DNA from: an uncultured Methanosarcinales archaeon
Lineage (GTDB): Archaea; Nanobdellota; Nanobdellia; Woesearchaeales; CAYSVS01
NCBI GenBank assembly: GCA_964434475.1
Contig: CAYSVS010000003.1
Coordinates: 1-46,859, forward strand
Direction of reading: 5' to 3'
Length of the DNA: 46,859 nucleotides
Within the stretch, counting starts at the first letter, position 1, and every line of letters begins with the position of its first letter. Below are positions 1-12,300 of the stretch, piece after piece. The notes under the pieces were generated by a model that saw only the letters and a list, made by a program, of their open reading frames with translations, was not told where the DNA came from and did not search any database. Made by a program: the position numbers and the translations under genes.

Positions 1-171
1 GTGCAATTAATCTAAAAAGCTAAGCTAAACAGCAATTATGCAAAGTTCTCTTTACTATAAAAACAATATAAAACCGTAACTTATTTAAATAAGTATTACA
101 TTAAGTATAATTTAAGATATACTTTTGAATATTATTCAAAATGTTATCTAAAATATTATATATGGTATTAC

Positions 172-354
172 ATGAAATTTAAGACAAAGTTATGGAAGAG
201 AAGCCAGAAATCTTTTGCTACTACGATTCCTCATGTAGCATTGCTTGATGTAGATGAAACTATGCCTCACGAAGTAGAATGGGAATATAATAAAGAACTG
301 GGCAAGTGGACTATTTCTTTTAAGCCGATCAAAAAAGAGGTGCGTAAAAAATGA
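172..354 (+). CDS. Small basic protein (60 aa), possibly an AbrB/SpoVT-like DNA-binding protein
   Basis: ORF track. K-rich N-terminus followed by SFATTIPHVAL, resembling the xxTIPKxxxxxL core of AbrB/SpoVT swapped-hairpin domains. Its TGA overlaps the ATG of the giant ORF (ATGA at 351-354). Confidence 0.45.
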   Translation: MKFKTKLWKRSQKSFATTIPHVALLDVDETMPHEVEWEYNKELGKWTISFKPIKKEVRKK

Positions 355-3300
355 GAAAACGTATTTCTTTAGCAGGCATCATTATATTGGCATTGTTGTT
401 GTCAGTCTGTTTTGTAAGCGCAGCTCCGTGGTATGTTGATCTTTTCAACTGGTTTAAATCAGACAATAAGATAACTGGCTTTGCTACTCTGGATGATAAT
501 AGTTCTATATTGTCTACGGATAATAGTACCACAATTATGGAAGGAGAAAATGAATCTTTAGGAATAATGACAATAAAAGAAGGAATGGCTATCTATGGGC
601 AGTTTAACAGAAGCAATGGAGGGTATGCTGTTGGTTTTAATACTTCTATTGTCGTAAATGTAACTAGAGATGGGACTATTTGTGAATGTTTGATCCAAAG
701 GCAATATATGGCAAGCAACGGTGTGACTGGAAGCACAGGAAATTATCAATGGAGCAACCAAGCTGATCAGAATGAGTGGAACTATAGTGTGTGTGAAAGT
801 TGCGACACTGCTTCGTGTAATAATTATTCAGGATTTAGCGGATTTGATCCTGCTTGTATTGATTGTACTGATTATACTGGCACTTGTTATTCTGACTTGC
901 CTGATGAATGTTTAGTTAATTGCGGAAGTAATCCACATTGTACAGAGAATTCAGATGGATTTAACGATACTGATAAAGGCTGCGAAGAAGACATAGAAAC
1001 AGGAGATGCTTTATGGGCTAGGATATATGGCTCAGAAAAGGGATGTCAAGACGCAGATTCTCCAAATACTACAATAGATGTTAATGCAGACTCTATTCAG
1101 ATACCTTATGGTTATGTTTATGGATGTAATGAAATCAATGAACCTTTGATAAATCTGATTGAGCCAATAGATAATGATCAAGTGTACATAACAACAATCA
1201 ATTTTACATTTAATGTAAGTGATGAATCAGGTATAGCAAACTGCTCTTTATTATTTGATGATGAGGTTAACTATACAATGTATGATGTAGAAAGAAACAT
1301 AATTATGAACATCACAAAAACATTGCCTTATGGAATATATAATTGGAGTATAGGATGTTATGATAATGTGAGCAACTATAATGTCTCAGAGTATAGAAGA
1401 TTAATAGTATCTGAAGTGAACAGAGCACCAAACATCACCAGTTTCAAAGCTCCGCCTGTAGTTTCAGGATTTACTGGACAGATTTTCAATGAAACCTTTG
1501 ATTTTTCAAATTCATCCATTCCTACAGATGAAGGAGATAATGTCAATTTTTATGTAAATGCAACAGACTATAACGGAAATGACTATAGGTTGATGATATG
1601 TACTTCTGGAAACATTGAATCAGATTTAACCTGCAGTGCTGCAATGATATGCAACAGCAGTTATGTGTCTTCAGGAAGTTTAGCAAGCTGCACAAATAAC
1701 ACATTAGGAAAATCAAATGAGGCTTATACTTGGTACTCATTTATTTGCGACAACCAAAATTGTTCTGGTCCTTATAATCATTATTCTCCTTATAATGTTA
1801 ACCATAAGCCAACCATAACAAGTCCGACAACTTCAGGCAACCAATATGATACTTCAATAATAACTTGTATAAATGGTACAGCTAGTGATTCTGATACTGA
1901 AGGTGGACAGGATACAGCATCTTTGAACAATTACAGGTGGTATAGTGGCGGAGCTGATCCTAATAATCTTATTTCTGGTCAGAACGGGAATACTTTGGAT
2001 TGCTCGGCAGTCGCGCAATGTGATTCAGGAATATATATCAAATGCTCACACAATGCAATAGACAACCATAATCTTGAAGGAGATTATTCAAACAGTTCAG
2101 GTGTATTGATAAAAGATTCGACTATAGTTTCGAATAACATTGACTGTTATAATGGAAGTATATGGAAAGACTGCAGTGCAATAAAATATGGTGAAACTAT
2201 AGAGCAGGTAAGGGCTAATTGTGTTGATTCTTATAATGCCTCATTTAAATTAGAGAACATTCCAGATAATGATGTTTATTTTGATGTTGGTGAAATAAGC
2301 GGAAGCGGCTGGATAATGTATAATAATGATGATGTTGTTGTAAATGAATCAGGAGATTGGAATATCAGCGTAGTATGTGAAAATGAAAATACAACAAGAC
2401 AGGGTAATAGTGAATGGCTTGTTAATTGGGGAACATTAAACGCGATAAATATAGATCCATTGAATGATTTTGGAGTTGGGCAGTATTCAATATTTAATTT
2501 CACTACAAATATAACTTGCAACGGAGGAGAGTGTGAAGACATAAATGCATGGATCAAGACTGATGATGAAGATGTCCCTGAAAATTCAGGAACTCCTGCT
2601 TATACTTTAGATAGTAATCCTGATTTATTATGCACAAATATGTACCCGGGTCAATCTTGCCAAACAAGATGGAGATTAAATGCTACCGGCAATATTGGAG
2701 GCTATAATATAACTGTAACCTATTCATCATCTAACTCAAATGTTGCAAACTCATCAACAAATGTGATAGTTATGACTATCCAGGATTCCGGAGCTCCTGT
2801 TGTAACTTTGACAAGCCCTGATGATCCTCATAATAATACAGACGGAAATCAGATGTTTACTGCAGAAGCTGTTGACGCTTCAAATATAAGCAATTGCTCT
2901 TTGTATACCAATATAACCGGACAGTTCATGATTAACGATACTGAATATGGCGATAAAGCATCTTATTCTTTTCAGATAAATAGTATTCCAGATGATACTT
3001 TATTTGTTTGGAATGTGCAATGCTGCGATAATATGAGCAATTGCGCTTTCGCTGAAGACAACAGGACAGTAAGGATAATGATCAATGATGCACCTTATAT
3101 AACAAGCCCTAATCCTATCCAGACAAATATAGCGATGGATGAGACAGATTCATATCCTTTTTCTATAGTCAAGAATGATGATGACTGGTGGGATACAGTT
3201 TCTGTAACATGGTATGTTAATGGAACATTGAACAAGTCTGGAACATCTCCTTCATATGATTTCTATACTTTTTATTCAGGATATGAGAGTGCAGGAGTAT

Positions 3301-6300
3301 ACAATATAACTGTTGTCCTCGAGGATCTAGAAGGATTAACAGACGAGCATACATGGACTTTGATAGTGAACAATAAGAATAGAGATCCTGTTATAAGTAG
3401 TTTTAATTTTACAAATTCAACAGACATAGATTATGACAGCAATGTGATTGCAAATGAGAACAGCTTGTTAGAGTTTGCAGTGAATGCATCTGATCCTGAT
3501 GATGACGCATTAGGATACTATTGGTATATTGACGATGTGCTTAATGAAACAGGCAGCAATGCTTGGCAGTGGCAGACAGATTATGACGATAATGGAACTT
3601 ACAATATAAGCGTAAAAGTTAATGATACTTATGGTGCTACAGTTTGGCAGAATTGGAGTTTGGTAATAAAAAATAATAACAGAGCTCCAAATATAACAAG
3701 CTATGCTCCTATAATCTTGATACCATCTATTGACGAAGGAGATAATTTGACTTTCAATGCAACAGCTATAGATTATGATGGAGATGATATAGGTTATTAT
3801 TGGTTTGTCAATGGTTCACTAGAACAGACAAATGGCAATTACACCTTTGAAGCTAATGAGACTAGTGCGGGCGTATATAATATAACTTTGATAGTGAATG
3901 ATAGTTTTGGTGATTCAGATTCCTTAACGTGGATACTGAATGTAAGCATAGTAAATTCAAACGCTTCTATAGATGCTTATCATCCTCTTGCAAATCCAAT
4001 TATAAACGAAACAGAAAGTCAAGAATTCAATATTACTGCAAGCGATGCTGATAATAGCATACCAACAGCGCAATGGCTTTTGAACGGCACTCCTGTTGAC
4101 TCGGATTATAGCTATACCTATAATTCAGATTATACAAGTGCTGGAAGCTATAATGTTACAGTATTATTGACAGATGTTGATTCTGGGCAAGTTACAGATA
4201 GACGTGAATGGCTGTTAGTAGTTACAAATGTGAATAGAATTCCAGTTATCCATGACTACAATTTCACAAATTCAACAGATATAGATTACGATAGCAATGT
4301 TATTGGCAAAGAAAATAGCACTTTAGTATTTGCAGTGAATGCATCAGATTTAGATGTTGATGATTCAATAGGATATTATTGGTATATAGATGATATGCTT
4401 AATGAAACAAGCAGCAATACTTGGCAGTGGCAGACAGATTATGATGATAATGGAACTTATAATATAAGCCTAAAAGTTAATGATACTTATGGTGCTTCAG
4501 TTTGGCAGAATTGGAGTTTAATTATAAATAACCAAAATAGGGCTCCTAATATTACATATTATGCTCCTATAAGTTTAAGTCCTTCTATTGATGAAGGCCA
4601 AAACCTTACTCTTAATATAACTGCAATAGATTATGATGGCGATAATATCAATATATATTGGTACGAGAATGAAACGTTAAAACAGATAGGAAGCAATTAT
4701 ACCTTTATTACAAACGAAACAAGTGCAGGAAGTTATGGTGTGAGTGTGTTGGTCAATGATACTTACGGAGACTATACTCTTTTGACATGGATCATAACAG
4801 TCAATGCAGTAAACTCAAACGCTACTATCTATACATATTATCCTCTTGCAAATCCAATTATAAACGAAACAGAAAGTCAAGAATTCAATATTACTGCAAG
4901 CGATGCTGATAATAGCATACCAACAGCGCAATGGCTTTTGAACGGCACTCCTGTTGACTCGGATTATAGCTATACCTATAATTCAGATTATACAAGTGCT
5001 GGAAACTATAATGTTACAGTATTATTGACAGATGTTGATTCTGGGCAGGTTACAGATAGACGTGAATGGATTTTTACTATAACAAATGTCAACAGATATC
5101 CTCAGATAACTCAGCAAGTACAATTCCTTAACCTTACTGATCAGCATGGATTTATAGCAAATGCTTCTGCAACAGATCCTGATGGATTATCTGAACTTCA
5201 AAATTGCATTGTTTATTATTATAATGCAAGCCATAATTTCAGTAAAGAAGGAGATTATAGCTCTGGAAAATGTCAAGCAGTAATAAACATGAGCGATGGA
5301 TTTAGTATTTTTGAGAAAATAAATGTCAGCATAGAGTTTACTGATATTTATGGCGCATCCAACATAACTGAAAATAGAAGCAATTCTATACCTAACAATA
5401 ATCCAAGCGTGACCGATGTACTGGTATCACCTGGTGCACCTACTACCTTGCAGAACCTTACTTGTAGTTACACTTTCTCAGATCCTGATGGTGATGAAAA
5501 TAATTCAATAATCAGATGGTATAAGGAGGACCTTGAACAAATTTCATTAGAAAATGTTTCTTTAGTATTATCAGGAAACACATCCAACGATGAAACGTGG
5601 AACTGTACTGTGATTCCTTTAGATAATTATGGCGGCATAGGTGCAAGCAAGTCTTATGCAGTTATAATAGGAAGCACAGCTCCTTATATAACAGAAACTT
5701 TGGATGTGTTTAACAGAACAGGCCATTACTTCAACATAACCGCAAAAGCATCTGATGCAGATGGAGTAGGAGATATAGCTAACTGCAGCTTATGGCACGG
5801 AATAGGAGCCCCAAGCAGCATAAAAAATGGAATATTCAATAATGTTACTGGAAGATGCATTATCAACTTAAGCATATACGATGGCTATGATGTTTTTGAT
5901 GCCATAACAGTTAAATTGCAATTTACAGATAAGTCTGGGAAGAGCATAAATACGAGCGTAAAAACAAATGCGATTCCTAACTATGCGCCAGATATAAACA
6001 AAGTATTTATCCCTTTAGTTGTCAACGAAACAGACTGGTTAAATGTTTCTTTTGCGGCAACAGATGCAGATGGAGACGTCATTAACTATAAAATATACAG
6101 GAACGATTCAGAACAAGCATCAACTAATATAAGTGACTGGCTTACTACATACGATGATGCAGGATATTATGAATATAAACTAGTAGCAAACGATAGTTAT
6201 GAATCAGATATAAATTACAGCTATGTTACTATATTGGACGTAAATAGGGCGCCTATAATCTACAGCTATAATTTCAGCAACGGAACAGACATAGATTATG

Positions 6301-9300
6301 ACAGCGATGTAATTGCGAACGAAGGCGATTCTTTAGATTTTGTAATCAATGCATCTGATCCTGATGGAGAAGCAATAAATTATTATTGGTATTTTGATGA
6401 TGTCTTGAATCAGACAGGAAGTAAACTTTGGCAGTGGCAGCCAGGTTTTGATAATAATGGCACCTATAACATAACCGTTAAAGTCAATGATTCTCAAGGG
6501 TTGTATGATGTGCACGATTGGACTCTGGTGATCAATAATAAAAATAGGGCTCCGAATATTACAGGCTATACGCCTCTTAATCTACTGCCTATAATCTTTG
6601 AAGGTCAAAACATGACTTTTAATGTTTCCACAACAGATTATGATGGAGATGCTATGAATATTTATTGGTATGTCAATAGCTCTCTAGAACAGATAAATGG
6701 CGAATACGAATTTGAAGCGAATGCAACAAGCGAAGGCCATTATAACATCACTGCATTAGTAAATGATACTTTTGGCGATTATGATGTGATGTCGTGGATA
6801 CTTGAAGTAGTAGGAACAAATCAGAATGCAACAATAAACACATTCTATCCTGCAGTCGATCCAGTAATAAATGAGACAGATAGCCAAGAGTTCAATATCA
6901 CAGCGCATGATGATGACGGAAGTAGCCCAACAGCACAATGGCTATTGAACGGAAGCAATGAAGCCAGCGGCTATACTTATACTTATAATTCAGATTATAC
7001 GAGTGCAGGCAGCTATAATGTAACTGTATTGTTGACTGATGTAGATATTGCGCAGGTTACAGATAGACGTGAATGGATATTGACAATCAAAGATGTAAAT
7101 CAAGTTCCTGTGATTGTTGTTGATATATCTCTAAATAATTTCTCAGTAGGGCATGGATTTAACATATCTGCAAGAGCTAATGATGGGGATGATAACCTTC
7201 AGTCATGCAGATTATTTTATGGATATGGTTCTAGTTTGGACAATATTAAAGCAGGAAATTTAGATGGATTGGGAAATTGCAAAGTAAGTTTGGAAAATAC
7301 GACAGATAACCTTGCCGGCAATACTGCAATCAATATGACTGTCGAGTTTTCTGACAGCGAAAGTGCAAAAATAAATACCAGCTATGCTTCAAATACTTTA
7401 TCCAATAATGATCCGACTATCAATTTCGTGAATGTTCAGCCTGCCGATGCAAACGAGCTGGATAATTTAAGTTGTAATTATAGCATAAGTGATATGGATT
7501 CAGACGATTTTATAGTTAACTTTGATTGGTTCATAGATGGAATTTCTTTAGGCTTGAATATGAGTAATATTAGCTATGGTAACACAAGCATAGGAGATAA
7601 TGTAAGCTGTAAAGTAACAGCAACAGATACTTTTAACGGCATTAGCTCTGACAAGTCAAGCAACATAACGATCATACCTTCAAATCAGCCTCCTGTTGTT
7701 GATGCTATTGTCCTTACTAACTTGACAAACTTACATGGTTTTCATGTTTTTGCAAATGCGACAGATATAAACGCAAATTTTGATTCATGTATAGTATGGC
7801 ATTCTACTTTTTCTCCGCCAACAACAAAGACAATAGGCAGTATATATATAAACGGAAATTATGCTGAATGTAGATTAAATCTTACCAATTCAACATACAA
7901 TGTAGATGATAATGTATATGTAAAAGTACAGTTCAATGATACTTATGGTTATAGTGTGAATAGTTCAATATCATCTAACCATATATCTAATATCAAACCA
8001 ACTGTTGTAGATGTAAGTATAGTTCCTTCATCACCTACTGCTGAAGATGATCTGTCGTGCAGCTATAATGTGATAGAGCCTGAAAATGATGCATATTATA
8101 CTAATATATTTTGGTACAATGATGATGTTTTAGTTCCTGAACTGAATAACCTGACTAACATAAGCTATACAAATACTTCGAATGGTGAAGAATGGTATTG
8201 CAATGTATCAGCTGTAGATAGTTATGGTCTGATAAGTGCTTATAACGCATCTTCCAGTATAACAATACAAAACATAACTGCTTGGACAAATTTAACTCTG
8301 CCAGAAGGTATATACAGCATAAAGCCTGCTCCTGCGCCTGATTATGGAACTTTCAAATATAATTTTACTTTAGGGTTTGATGATTTTACAAGCTCAGCAG
8401 GTAATGAAGTTAAGTGTTATATAGAAGAATCTGACTGTAATGGAGGGTTTGGAACTTGTACAATACTTGAACTGAACAAAACAGTCACAAGCACTATAAC
8501 AAATGGAAATTTCAACATAACTCATGAGCTTCAGCCAAGCGATGTCATAAATACATCTCAAGCTGGAACAACATCCATATATGTGCCTTGGGAGATAAAG
8601 AATTGCAGTTTATACAAAGAGGGCAATCTACTTTATACAAATAACATCAGCTGGAGGATACATGTACATCCTACTAATTGGTCATCTGGAGATATAGCTA
8701 ATGCAAACAATTGTTATAATGAAGGTAAAGGTCAATTCTTCTTGAATACTGTAAAATGTGATTTCTATGGTGATGTTGCTTTTGCAAGCTTTATGTACTC
8801 TGGAACAAAGGTAGAAGGTTATTGTCACGATAATATAGATAACAACGACATATTCCCAGAAATCGACTGCAATGATGACAACTGTAAGGGCATAACTTAC
8901 TCATGTCTTGATAAAAAGGATTTAGATAATAATACTTTATACTATTCTCCATCAGGAAGTCATGGCACTTTAGCAAGCGAAATAAAGACAGGGGATATAG
9001 ATTCAGTTGTTTCAGATGTTGCAACATCAAATACAGATATACAATGGACACAACATTCTATGCCTAACGGTACATTCAAGATAAGGTTTAGGAAATGGGC
9101 ATTGGATAAGATAGCAACTATCAAGATTAAAGGTTTGCCTGAGATTAAAAGAGTGAATAAGTATGCTCCTGCGATGGATCAAGCCAATGGTTTGATGGAG
9201 TATTTTATAAACGGAAGTGATGCGACTGTTGATACTGATGTTCTGGAAGAAGGACAAAACTATGCAAACGAAATATGGTTGAAATCTTTTATCACAGACC

Positions 9301-12300
9301 AAAAAATAACAAATCTTGATACAACACTCAATGTAACTTTCTTACATCCAGAACTTATAGATATGAGTGAAGGTTATAATGTGACTATAACATTATCTTA
9401 TTGTGAAGGAGGAAGCTGTGATAATTATGAAACATATATAGATGTTTATTTTGATGACCCTACTTATGGCGGAACACCAGGAGGAGAATGGGCATCGGAC
9501 AATGAAAATGAATGGGAAATAGGTCTTGGAGTTTCTGGAATTACTTGGGCAGGATGTAATGATACCAAAAATTCTGATTTTGATTATCTTGGAACTGGAA
9601 GCACATCTTTTGATCAGTCAAGCTATGATTGCTATGATATAGACTGCGATGCAAAACAAGGGCCTGCAGCAAGAAATACATATACTGGCCAAGATACAAA
9701 AGGTTTATGCAGCTATAGCGGAGAGCATGCTAATGATGCTATGTGCTTTGATGAGTATAACAATGACTGGCATACAGAAGATACTACCTATGGGCATCTA
9801 AATACAAATGTTGATACTATGTTTACTGATTGCAGGGATAGTGACTGTGATGGCGTAGTTAATCCTGCAAACGCGTCACAGATTTGTGAGCACAGCATAG
9901 AATTAAATTGCAGCGATGGATTTGACAATGACCATTGGCAGGTTGCTGACTGCAATAGAGCAGCGGGTGCTGATTACAATAGCCTTGAATATGATTGTGC
10001 AGCATACTGCAGAGCAACAATAGATTCTTCTGAAAAAGGAAGCGAATGTGATGATGGCATAGACAATGATTGGGACAAATATTATACAGATGGAGGAGGA
10101 AGAACAGGTTATTCTTTGAACACTACTTATGGTGCAGGAATGGACTGTGCATGGGGTTCAGGTGCAGACGAAGATTGTGATAATGAAATATTGAGCAATG
10201 GAAAAAGATGCGAGCTAAACAATGAATCTACGTGTGATGATAGTTTTGATAATGATTATGATGACGGACATACGATCCAAGCAGGCTGGTCTGCTGCTTA
10301 TTATAACCAATACTTTGGTCAATTTGGCATGACATACAGCAGCAATGCTGATTGCGATGATTATGACTGCTACAATAAATTGAATTGTCCTACAGATGAG
10401 TCTTTGAACTTGTCCTGGTGTTTTGACGGAGCAGATAATGATCTTGACGGTTTAATTGATTGTGCAGACAGCGATTGCCTTGGCAAGACCAATCCAGAAA
10501 ATGAAAACGAAACCTGCTATCCTGATGAGTTTTTAGTAGATAGTTATCAGGTATGCAATAATGATTTTATGAGTTTTACTCTGCCTTCAAATGTTGCGAT
10601 AACTCCGAGAGATGATGATGGCGATGGTAATGCTAACTGCCAGGACAGTTCATGTAAGCAGGCATTTGGAAATTGCGGTCCTTGTCCTGATGTAGAGAAT
10701 GTTACATATGATTCCTGCGCTAATTCAAAAGATGATGATCTTGATGCTAATATAGATTGTGCTGATACCGATTGTTACGGCATGATAGGAAATTATGAAG
10801 GGGCTTTATGCAGCAGCGAAGAGAACAGTGATGCCTTATGCTCTGATGGTTTTGATAATGATAATGACGGAGGAGCTGACTGTGCTGACAGCAATTGCAG
10901 AAATAATAATTTTGCTTCCTGTTCAGCTGCAGAGAACTGCAATGATGCTGTTGATAATAATGGTAATGGCTTGATCGACTGTCAAGATTCAACTTGCTTA
11001 GCTGCTTGTGATTTAGTTACTGATTTTAGTTCTACATTATACGGGCCTTCGACAGATTATTTGTCTCTGGACAACGAAAAACTAAAGATTTATTGGAACA
11101 ACAGGGTAAGAAAAGGCAGTAATCATACTGTAAGGTTTACTTTCAGCGATCCTTATACTTACTCGCAGCTAACTTTAGGTAATCTCGGCGGAGATGCTTT
11201 GCCTGTAGGTCAAGGTTTGCAAGGAAATAACTTTGCGCTAAGTGGACCAGATGCTTCATTGTTTGAAACTCAGAACTATAACGAAAACGGAGCTCATGAC
11301 AAAGGACAGATTGCTGTAGTTGATTCAGACGATGGCGGAAGCAGCCTTGATGTCACTATCAATATACCTACTGATAGCGCTATGTCTCAAAAACAATATG
11401 AACTTATCACTTTAATAAATTCAAAAAGTATAACTGGCAACCTTCTAGATGTTTTGGTTCTTGATGATATTGCGCCAACTATAGATAATGTAGTTATACA
11501 ACCTTCGAGTTTGGAAGTTGAGTATGGCGATACTTTCTGGGTAAGAGCAAAAGCAACAGATCCTGATAATGGGGATCCTTATGAAGGAGAAATTTATGAT
11601 TGTAGGTTTAAAATTACAGGGCCAGGAGGTTATTCTCATACAACTTCAAGCAGCAGCTGTCAGTATACAAGCAATGCAATCACAAGTTCTGGAACATATA
11701 CTGTAAATGTAACTGCAAGAGATGCAACAGGAAATTATGGCAGTGTAAACAGCACATCCTATGCTATAACAGTCAAGCCAAAGTATGTTTCTGGAACCAA
11801 TACCTATCCTATGATTCCGTGGTATAAAAACGGTCAGAGTATGCAGGTTAGTGCAGATTTTAAATCAGAGAAAGCAATATCTGGAAATTCTTGTACTGTA
11901 TATAGAGAAGGAGGAATAAGTTTAGGAACTATAACTGCAACAAAAATTGGAGATTCAGTTAGTTGCAATGGAACAGTTAATGTGCCGGCAGTTAGCACAA
12001 ATATGTATAAGATTTATGTAAATATAACAGATGCAAATTCTAACACTGCAAAAAGCGATAATAAGGTAGTGCATGTATGTGATACAAGCTACTCAGGAAT
12101 ATGCAAATATGCTGACTTTGATCTAGACGGAGCACCTGAAGGTATTAAATATAAATATAATGATTCCCTTGTTTGTGATAATTGTCCTAATACATATAAT
12201 CCTGACCAGTATGATTCTGATGGAGATGGAGTGGGAGATGTCTGTGAGGATATGAGTCCTCATATAGACAATAAGATATACAACAGCCGCGAGGATGAGA

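Larger units (their letters stand above)
3378..5090 (+). repeat. Two tandem in-frame copies (855 and 858 nt) of a super-repeat made of three roughly 95-aa Ig/PKD-like modules (A-B-C)
   Basis: Copy 1 is 3378-4232 (NRDPVISSFNFTNSTDIDYD.. / NRAPNITSYAP.. / SNASIDAYHPLANP..). Copy 2 is 4233-5090 (NRIPVIHDYNFTNSTDIDYD.. / NRAPNITYYAP.. / SNATIYTYYPLANP..). Confidence 0.9.

Noticed and set aside
3982-5069. A diversity-generating retroelement (template/variable repeat pair) as the explanation for the near-identical 230-nt repeats.
   Set aside because: There is no reverse transcriptase in the window. The two mismatches (G/A and A/G) are not the adenine-specific pattern expected for a DGR. Both copies are ordinary in-frame modules of a tandem array.
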